This document shows positions 25,874 to 32,000 of a stretch of 32,000 nucleotides of DNA, one piece after another. This stretch comes from Megasphaera elsdenii DSM 20460 (GTDB lineage Bacteria; Bacillota; Negativicutes; Veillonellales; Megasphaeraceae), in contig NZ_CP027570.1 in the NCBI RefSeq assembly GCF_003010495.1, positions 1,860,001 to 1,892,000 of the forward strand, read 5' to 3'. A program made the translations under genes and the position numbers. The first letter of the stretch is position 1. Each line of letters starts with the position of its first letter. The notes below the pieces were generated by a model. It was not told the origin of the DNA. It was given only the letters and a program-made list of their open reading frames with translations, and searched no databases.

Positions 25874-26968
25874 ATGACTGCCTATAAGGGAGCGGAATTT
25901 TGGATGCGCGTCACCCTGGCCGTCCTGGCCGGGGCCTTGTTCCTGACGGTCCACGCCGTCTACTGGCCCGTCGTCATCTCCCTGATCCTGACATTCATCC
26001 TCATGCCGATACGCGATGGCGTCATCAAGGGACTGCGCCGCCTTACGGGACGCCAGGTACCCATCGATATAGCCATCCTCATTTCCTTCGTCATCCTCAT
26101 CGTCATCGTGACGGTCATTACCAACAGCATCGTCAAACCGCTGGTCGTCCAGGTCAATTTACTGGCAGCCAACTTCAACGATTTGGTCAGCCAGACGGCG
26201 GCTCTGGTGACGCAGCTTGAAAATGAGCAGACCCAGTTCTATATTCCCGACCAGGTCAAGAAGATCATCAACGACGCCTTCGTCAAAGTCGGCAATTACG
26301 GCATCGACGGCATTACCAACCTCATCCAGTCGGTCTTTGCCATTGCCGGGACAGTCGTCGAATTTTTCGTCGTACCGATCATTACCTTTTATTTCATGAA
26401 AGACGGCGGCCATATGGTCAGGATTTTCGTCGACATCTTCCCCGAAAGTTACCGCAGCCACCTGGCCGGGCTCTTCCAGGAAATACAGCACGTCCTGAGC
26501 CGTTACATCCGCGGCCAGATCCTCATGAGCTGTATCATTGCGACGCTGACCTTCCTCGGCATGTGGGCTATGGGCGTACCTTATCCCATGGTCATCGGAC
26601 TTTTGGCGGCCATTACCGAATGGATCCCCATCGTCGGGCCTATCGTCGGCGCCGTGCCGGCCATCCTGCTCAGTGCGACAGTCAGCCTGTCCCTGCCGAT
26701 CAAAGTCATCATCTTCTATATCGTCATCCAGCAGATCGACAGCCACCTCATCATGCCTCAGGTCATGGGGGCCGTCATCAGCCTGCATCCGGTCGTCATC
26801 GTCATCGCCCTGCTCATCGGCGGGACCCTCTTTGGCGTAGCCGGCATGATCCTTACTGTCCCGGTGACGGCAGTGCTACAGATTCTGTGTAAACATTTAT
26901 GGTTCTACAATACATATAAAGAAAAGGCGATGAAGCACAATGGAAACAACGAAAACAGAAACCAATAA
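25874..26968 (+). CDS. AI-2E family transporter (PerM/UPF0118)
   Basis: A polytopic membrane protein with FYFMKDGGHM...SRYIRGQILMSCIIATLTFLGMWAMGVPYPMVIGLLAAITEWIPIVGPIVGAVPA, typical of the AI-2E family. Confidence 0.85.
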   Translation: MTAYKGAEFWMRVTLAVLAGALFLTVHAVYWPVVISLILTFILMPIRDGVIKGLRRLTGRQVPIDIAILISFVILIVIVTVITNSIVKPLVVQVNLLAANFNDLVSQTAALVTQLENEQTQFYIPDQVKKIINDAFVKVGNYGIDGITNLIQSVFAIAGTVVEFFVVPIITFYFMKDGGHMVRIFVDIFPESYRSHLAGLFQEIQHVLSRYIRGQILMSCIIATLTFLGMWAMGVPYPMVIGLLAAITEWIPIVGPIVGAVPAILLSATVSLSLPIKVIIFYIVIQQIDSHLIMPQVMGAVISLHPVVIVIALLIGGTLFGVAGMILTVPVTAVLQILCKHLWFYNTYKEKAMKHNGNNENRNQ

Positions 26969-27467
26969 AAAAGAAATCATGGAAACCATGATGAAGCGCA
27001 TGAAAGAAAAGATCAAGTTCAAGAAGTGCAAGATGACTTCCCAGCGTCAGATCATCCTGCGGGCCTTCGTCGAAAGCCCGATCCGCCACATGAGCGCCGA
27101 AGAAGTCTTCGAACTCGTCAAGAAGACGGCGCCCGACATCGGCCTGGCTACGGTCTACCGGACGCTGGACCTGTTCACCCAGATGGACCTCTTGAAGAAA
27201 CTCGACTTCGACGACGGCTGCAGCCGCTACGAATTGAATGACCGCGACAATGAAGGCCATTTCCATCATCACCTCATCTGCCTGGGCTGCGGCAAGGTCT
27301 GGGAATGTGAAGACGACCTCCTGGAAACACTGGAAACGATCCTGGAAAAACGCCTCCACTTCCACACCGTCGACCATCAGCTGAAAGTCTATGGCTACTG
27401 TGAAGACTGCCAGAAGAAGCGGGCAGAAGAAGCGGCCAAGGAAGCAGCTGCGAAAGAAGCGGAATAA
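26940..27467 (+). CDS. Fur-family transcriptional regulator (Fur/PerR/Zur not distinguishable here)
   Basis: TSQRQIILRAF...ATVYRTLDLF is the winged helix. HFHHHLICLGCGKV and YGYCEDC provide the CxxC-N-CxxC zinc site. The start is uncertain: 26940 overlaps the permease by 29 nt, and the alternative is 26979. Lys/Glu-rich tails occur at both ends. Confidence 0.85.
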   Translation: METTKTETNKKEIMETMMKRMKEKIKFKKCKMTSQRQIILRAFVESPIRHMSAEEVFELVKKTAPDIGLATVYRTLDLFTQMDLLKKLDFDDGCSRYELNDRDNEGHFHHHLICLGCGKVWECEDDLLETLETILEKRLHFHTVDHQLKVYGYCEDCQKKRAEEAAKEAAAKEAE

Positions 27468-27468
27468 C

Positions 27469-28923
27469 ATGTCTGTCCAGACCTATACCTATGACGGGCC
27501 CGAGGGGCTCCACGCCCTGGTCGGCCAGGTCATGGCGTCGCTGGGCTATGTCGGCGGCCGGGAAATCCGCGACGTCGGGGCGGCCGTTACCGTCCGCGAT
27601 GACGGCGGCCACCTCTATCTGAGCTGTACCTTCCAGGATGGCGGGGAACCCTGGTTCTCTGAAGCCCGCCTCTTGCCAGGGGTCCGGGCACGGGACGCCC
27701 TCAAGGACTGCCTCATCCACTGGCACAACCGCTTTTCCGGCCATGGCCCGGGTCCGTGGGGGACGCTCATCGGCGTGCGGCCGACGAAGCTGGTCCACCA
27801 CCTGTTCGACCAGGGCTTTACTGACGACCAGGCCGAAAAAGCCTTGCAGACGTCGTATCACGTCGCGCCGGCTACGGCCCGGGACCTGGTGGCCATGGCC
27901 CGCCTGCAGCGGCCTTACGTGACCTGTCGGGGGCGGAAATTGGCCTTATACGTCGGCATCCCTTACTGCCCCAGCCACTGCCTGTACTGTTCCTTCCCGT
28001 CGCGCCTCATCGGCAGGGAAGGGGAGGCAGCGCTTACGGCTTTCCGCGATGCCGTCCTGGCCGATCTCGACGACCTGGCCGACTTGTGCCGGACCTATGA
28101 CCTGGAAGTGACGTCGCTCTATGTCGGCGGCGGGACGCCGACGTGCCTGCCCCTGCCGGTCCTGGAAGCGATGATGACGCGGCTGGCCCGGAATTTCCCG
28201 GAAGCCCGCGAATGGACGGTCGAAGCGGGCCGTCCTGATACGGCGACGCCGGACATGCTGGCCATGCTCCGCAAGGCCGGCGTCGACCGCATCAGCGTCA
28301 ATCCCCAGACCCTGCAGCAGCACCTCCTCGATGCCCTGGGCCGGCGCCATAGCGTCGAAGCGATTTACACCATGTATGAAAACTGCCGGAAGCTGGGATT
28401 TTCCGTCATCAATATGGACTTCATCGCCGGCCTTCCCGGGCAAACCGTGGCGGATATGCAGGAAAATATGGAAATTGTTTGCAAACTGCACCCGGAAAAT
28501 GTTACAATTCATACGTTAGCATTAAAAAAACGGGCTCCTTTGTTCCATCATGAATTGCGGGCTTCTATTCCGCCTGCCGAAGAAACGGGCCGCATGGTCC
28601 GCCTCTGTCAGTCCATCCTGACCGGCAGCGGCTATGTGCCCTATTATATGTACCGTCAGAAGTACATGGCAGCCAGCTTCGCCAATATCGGCTACGCCCT
28701 GCCGGGCAGCGTCAGTGCCTATAATATTGAAATGATGGAAGAGCGGCAGTCCGTCCTGGCAGCCGGACCGGGCGGGGCGACGAAGTTCCTCTGCCGCGAC
28801 GGCCACACCTTGGAAAAGGTGTATATGCCGAAAGATGTCGATGCATATGTGCAGGCGCTGGCTGAGAAAATGGCCCAGCGCCGCCGTTTGTGTGCTATCA
28901 TATACGGAAAAGAGGATGTTTAA
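27469..28923 (+). CDS. hemZ: HemZ-like radical SAM protein (oxygen-independent coproporphyrinogen-III oxidase family)
   Basis: The radical SAM CxxxCxxC (YCPSHCLYCSF) follows a ~165-aa N-terminal extension, as in HemZ-type proteins. HemN-like motifs (GGGTPT, ISVNPQT) are present. The ATG at 27469 lies 1 nt after the fur stop; the track N-terminal extension is rejected. Confidence 0.75.
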   Translation: MSVQTYTYDGPEGLHALVGQVMASLGYVGGREIRDVGAAVTVRDDGGHLYLSCTFQDGGEPWFSEARLLPGVRARDALKDCLIHWHNRFSGHGPGPWGTLIGVRPTKLVHHLFDQGFTDDQAEKALQTSYHVAPATARDLVAMARLQRPYVTCRGRKLALYVGIPYCPSHCLYCSFPSRLIGREGEAALTAFRDAVLADLDDLADLCRTYDLEVTSLYVGGGTPTCLPLPVLEAMMTRLARNFPEAREWTVEAGRPDTATPDMLAMLRKAGVDRISVNPQTLQQHLLDALGRRHSVEAIYTMYENCRKLGFSVINMDFIAGLPGQTVADMQENMEIVCKLHPENVTIHTLALKKRAPLFHHELRASIPPAEETGRMVRLCQSILTGSGYVPYYMYRQKYMAASFANIGYALPGSVSAYNIEMMEERQSVLAAGPGGATKFLCRDGHTLEKVYMPKDVDAYVQALAEKMAQRRRLCAIIYGKEDV

Positions 28924-30189
28924 ATGGCAATTACTGCACCGAGAGGCACGCAGGATTTCCTGCCGGAACAGACGGCAGAGTGGCAGCTGCTGGAAGCCAA
29001 GATCCGCCAGATCTGCTCGCTCTATGGTTTCGGCGAAATCCGCACGCCTATGTTTGAAAGTACTGAATTATTTTTACGCGGCATCGGGGAAACGACAGAC
29101 GTCGTCACCAAGGAAATGTATACCTTTGAAGACCGCGGCGGCCGCAGCATGACCCTGCGCCCGGAAAATACGGCTTCCGTCGTCCGGGCCTTCCTGGAAC
29201 ATAAGCTCTACGGCGACCCGCAGGTCCACAAGTTTTACTACATGGGGCCCATGTTCCGTCATGACCGTCCCCAGGCCGGCCGCTATCGCCAGTTCACCCA
29301 GTTCGGCGTCGAAGAAATCGGCTCCAAGGACCCGGCTGTCGATGCCGAAATCATCGCCATGGCCTTCCAGCTCTTCCGGGAACTGGGCCTGAACGATCTG
29401 GTCCTGCACCTCAACTCTGTCGGCTGCCCGAAATGCCGTCCTGTCTATCGCCAGAAGCTCCTCGATTTCTTTGCCGATAAACGGGATCAGCTCTGCGACG
29501 ACTGCAACGAACGGCTGGAAAAGAATCCGCTCCGCGTCCTCGACTGCAAAGAAGACGGCGAAAAAATGATGCAGATGGGCGTACCCTTGATTACAGATAA
29601 TCTCTGCGACGATTGCAAGGAACATTTCCACAAAGTCCAGGAATATCTGACAGCCATCGGTATTCCCTTTACCCTCGACCCGCGCCTGGTCCGCGGCCTC
29701 GACTATTATACCAATACGGCCTTTGAAATCATGTACGCTCCCTTGGGCGCACAGAGCACGGTCTGCGGCGGCGGCCGCTACGACGGCCTCATCGAAGAAG
29801 TCGGCGGTCCGTCGACACCGGGCATCGGCTTTGCTATCGGCATGGAACGGCTGCTCCTGACCTTGAAGGAACAGGGCCTCTTGCCGCCGGTCGAAAAGAA
29901 ACAGCCCGTCTTCATCGTCGCCCTCGGCGATGCTGCCAAGACCAAGGCCTTCGAACTGCAGCAGCAGCTCCGCGAAAAGGGCCTCTATGCTGAAATCGAC
30001 CTCTTAGGCCGCAGCATGAAGGGCCAGATGAAATCGGCCAATAAGCTCCATGCCGATTACACGGTCATCATCGGCGAAGATGAATTAGCCGCCGGTGAAG
30101 CCCAGGTCCGCAATATGGCCAGCAAAGAACAAGTCAGCGTTCCCCTTGATGGGATTGTTGCATATATGGAAACACACAAGAAGGGATGA
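28924..30189 (+). CDS. hisS: Histidine--tRNA ligase
   Basis: MAITAPRGTQDFLPE..., RPENTASVVRAF, FRHDRPQAGRYRQFTQFG and GGGRYDGL are class II HisRS motifs. Confidence 0.97.
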   Translation: MAITAPRGTQDFLPEQTAEWQLLEAKIRQICSLYGFGEIRTPMFESTELFLRGIGETTDVVTKEMYTFEDRGGRSMTLRPENTASVVRAFLEHKLYGDPQVHKFYYMGPMFRHDRPQAGRYRQFTQFGVEEIGSKDPAVDAEIIAMAFQLFRELGLNDLVLHLNSVGCPKCRPVYRQKLLDFFADKRDQLCDDCNERLEKNPLRVLDCKEDGEKMMQMGVPLITDNLCDDCKEHFHKVQEYLTAIGIPFTLDPRLVRGLDYYTNTAFEIMYAPLGAQSTVCGGGRYDGLIEEVGGPSTPGIGFAIGMERLLLTLKEQGLLPPVEKKQPVFIVALGDAAKTKAFELQQQLREKGLYAEIDLLGRSMKGQMKSANKLHADYTVIIGEDELAAGEAQVRNMASKEQVSVPLDGIVAYMETHKKG

Positions 30190-30196
30190 TTTACGA

Positions 30197-31990
30197 ATGG
30201 ATACAATGGAAGGTTTACACCGCTCCCAATACTGCGCTGAAGTAAGTGAAGCGGACAACGGCAAAGAAGTCGTCTTGACCGGTTGGGTAGAACGCCGCCG
30301 CGACCACGGCGGACTGATCTTCATCGATCTCCGCGACCGTACGGGCATCGTACAGGTCGTCGCTTCGCCGGATTATGAAAAGGTTTCTTTCGATAAAGCA
30401 GAACAGGTACGTACAGAATACGTCCTGGCTGTACGCGGTATCGTCCGCATGCGTGATAAAGATACGATCAACCCCAAGATGAAGACGGGCACTATCGAAA
30501 TCCGCTGCGAAGAACTGCGCATCCTCAATTCGTCCAAGACACCGCCGTTCTACATTGAAGACAACATCGACGTCGACGAAAAGATACGCCTGAAATACCG
30601 TTACCTCGACTTGCGTCGTCCGGAAATGCAGAAGAACCTCATTATGCGCCATAAAGTAAAACATGCCATGCGGACGTTCCTCAACGAACACGGTTTCATC
30701 GACATCGAAACGCCGGAACTCTGCAAGAGCACGCCAGAAGGCGCTCGTGACTACCTCGTACCGAGCCGTGTCAACGAAGGCAAATTCTATGCGCTGCCGC
30801 AGTCGCCGCAGATTTTTAAACAGCTGCTCATGATTTCCGGTATGGACCGCTACTACCAGATCGCCCGCTGCTTCCGCGATGAAGACTTGCGCGCCGACCG
30901 CCAGCCGGAATTTACTCAGCTCGACATGGAAATGTCCTTCATGGACCAGGAAGAAATCCTGACCCTCGTCGAACAGATGGTACACTACATCTTCAAAGAA
31001 ACGTTGGGCCACGACGTCCAGCTCCCGATCCACCGCATGACCTGGGACTACGCCATGGCAAACTACGGCTCTGATAAGCCGGACCTGCGCTTCGACATGA
31101 AGTTCACCGACATTACAGAACTTGTCAAGGATACGGACTTCAAAGTCTTCCGCAACGTCATCGATAACGGTGGTCAGGTCAAAGCCATCAACGTCAAAGG
31201 TGACGCTGATATTCCCCGCCGCGAACTGGACGGCCTCGTCGAATACGTCAGCCACTACGGCGCAAAAGGCCTGGCCTGGATCGGCTTCCTCGAAGACGGC
31301 ACGCTTAAATCGCAGATCAAGAAGTTCTTTGGTGAAGATAAGCTCCGCGAAATCGGTAAGGCCTGCGGCGCTGAAAAAGGCGACTTGGTCCTCATGATCG
31401 CCGATAAACCGAAAATCGTCGCAGCCGCTCTGGGCGAACTGCGTAAAGAAATGGCCCGCCGCATGAATCTCATCGACGAAAACGAATTCGCCTTTACGTG
31501 GGTCGTCGACTTCCCCATGTTCGAATACAGCGAAGAAGAACACCGCTATGTTGCTATGCACCATCCGTTCACAGCTATGCGCGATGAAGACCTGGACAAA
31601 CTGGAAACAGACCCGGCTCACGTCTATGCCAAGGCCTATGACCTGGTCCTCAACGGCATCGAACTCGGCGGCGGCTCCCTCCGTATCTACCAGCCGGACG
31701 TACAGCAGCGCGTCTTCAAGGCCATCGGCCTGACACCGGAAGAAGCAGAACAGAAATTCGGCTTCCTCCTCCGTGCCTTCGAATACGGTGCACCGCCCCA
31801 CGGTGGCCTGGCCTTCGGCCTGGACCGCATGATCATGCTCATGCTCAAACGCAAGTCCATCCGCGACGTCATCGCTTTCCCGAAGACCCAGAACGCTATC
31901 GACCCCATGAGCGAAGCTCCGTCGACAGTTACCAAAAAACAGCTGCATGAACTCCACATCCAAGTAGAAGAAGACTTGGTAAGTAAATAA
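30197..31990 (+). CDS. aspS: Aspartate--tRNA ligase
   Basis: GWVERRRDHGGLIFIDLRDRTGIVQVV is the OB anticodon domain. FYALPQSPQIFKQLLM, FTQLDMEMSF, GGGSLRI and PPHGGLAFGLDR are class II motifs. The start may be the ATG at 30197 or 30206; the track start at 30095 overlaps hisS and is rejected. Confidence 0.96.
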   Translation: MDTMEGLHRSQYCAEVSEADNGKEVVLTGWVERRRDHGGLIFIDLRDRTGIVQVVASPDYEKVSFDKAEQVRTEYVLAVRGIVRMRDKDTINPKMKTGTIEIRCEELRILNSSKTPPFYIEDNIDVDEKIRLKYRYLDLRRPEMQKNLIMRHKVKHAMRTFLNEHGFIDIETPELCKSTPEGARDYLVPSRVNEGKFYALPQSPQIFKQLLMISGMDRYYQIARCFRDEDLRADRQPEFTQLDMEMSFMDQEEILTLVEQMVHYIFKETLGHDVQLPIHRMTWDYAMANYGSDKPDLRFDMKFTDITELVKDTDFKVFRNVIDNGGQVKAINVKGDADIPRRELDGLVEYVSHYGAKGLAWIGFLEDGTLKSQIKKFFGEDKLREIGKACGAEKGDLVLMIADKPKIVAAALGELRKEMARRMNLIDENEFAFTWVVDFPMFEYSEEEHRYVAMHHPFTAMRDEDLDKLETDPAHVYAKAYDLVLNGIELGGGSLRIYQPDVQQRVFKAIGLTPEEAEQKFGFLLRAFEYGAPPHGGLAFGLDRMIMLMLKRKSIRDVIAFPKTQNAIDPMSEAPSTVTKKQLHELHIQVEEDLVSK

Positions 31991-32000
31991 CGAGATGAAA

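Noticed and set aside
27391-27468. N-terminal extension of the hemZ-like ORF overlapping fur. The similar 30095-30196 extension of aspS overlapping hisS belongs here too.
   Set aside because: The extensions are basic or low-complexity read-through of the upstream gene's 3' end in another frame. Internal ATGs at 27469 and 30197 give family-typical N-termini.
30215-31963. A 582-aa minus-strand ORF opposite aspS
   Set aside because: It is an antisense shadow of a clearly identified aspartate--tRNA ligase.

Overview
This window looks chromosomal and is probably from a diderm Firmicute (Negativicutes/Veillonellaceae-like). That is an inference from a trimeric autotransporter adhesin with a C-terminal SLH domain and from strongly C-ending codon usage in the core genes. 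I call 23 CDS, and most are housekeeping. On the left are pckA (5' part, minus strand), a visibly AT-richer adhesin locus (two small ORFs plus a 1072-aa YadA-type adhesin), htpG and gltS. These are followed by tmcAL, a lipoprotein, ackA, a HAD hydrolase, and a LysR regulator divergent from pyruvate:ferredoxin oxidoreductase. Next comes an EamA transporter fused to a cytidylate-kinase-like domain. The right side is a tightly packed co-directional block: recJ, rel, dtd, MBL hydrolase, AI-2E permease, Fur-family regulator, hemZ-like radical SAM, hisS, aspS. I found no rRNA, tRNA, CRISPR array, integrase/transposase or recognisable defence or toxin-antitoxin system, and I cannot point to a clear novel multi-gene system. 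The most unusual content is non-coding. A convergent intergenic region (7130-7665) holds a 24-unit heptanucleotide tandem array, a 78-bp tandem duplication and a GC-rich REP-like hairpin family. A ~140-bp composite palindromic (MITE-like) element occurs twice (13011-13151 and 20251-20394). Simple-sequence tracts and two translationally coupled small ORFs, one a 52-aa zinc-ribbon below the ORF-track cutoff, lie upstream of the adhesin. The EamA/cytidylate-kinase-like fusion is the most unusual protein architecture. The very long antisense ORFs in the track (up to 1208 aa) are codon-bias shadows, not genes.
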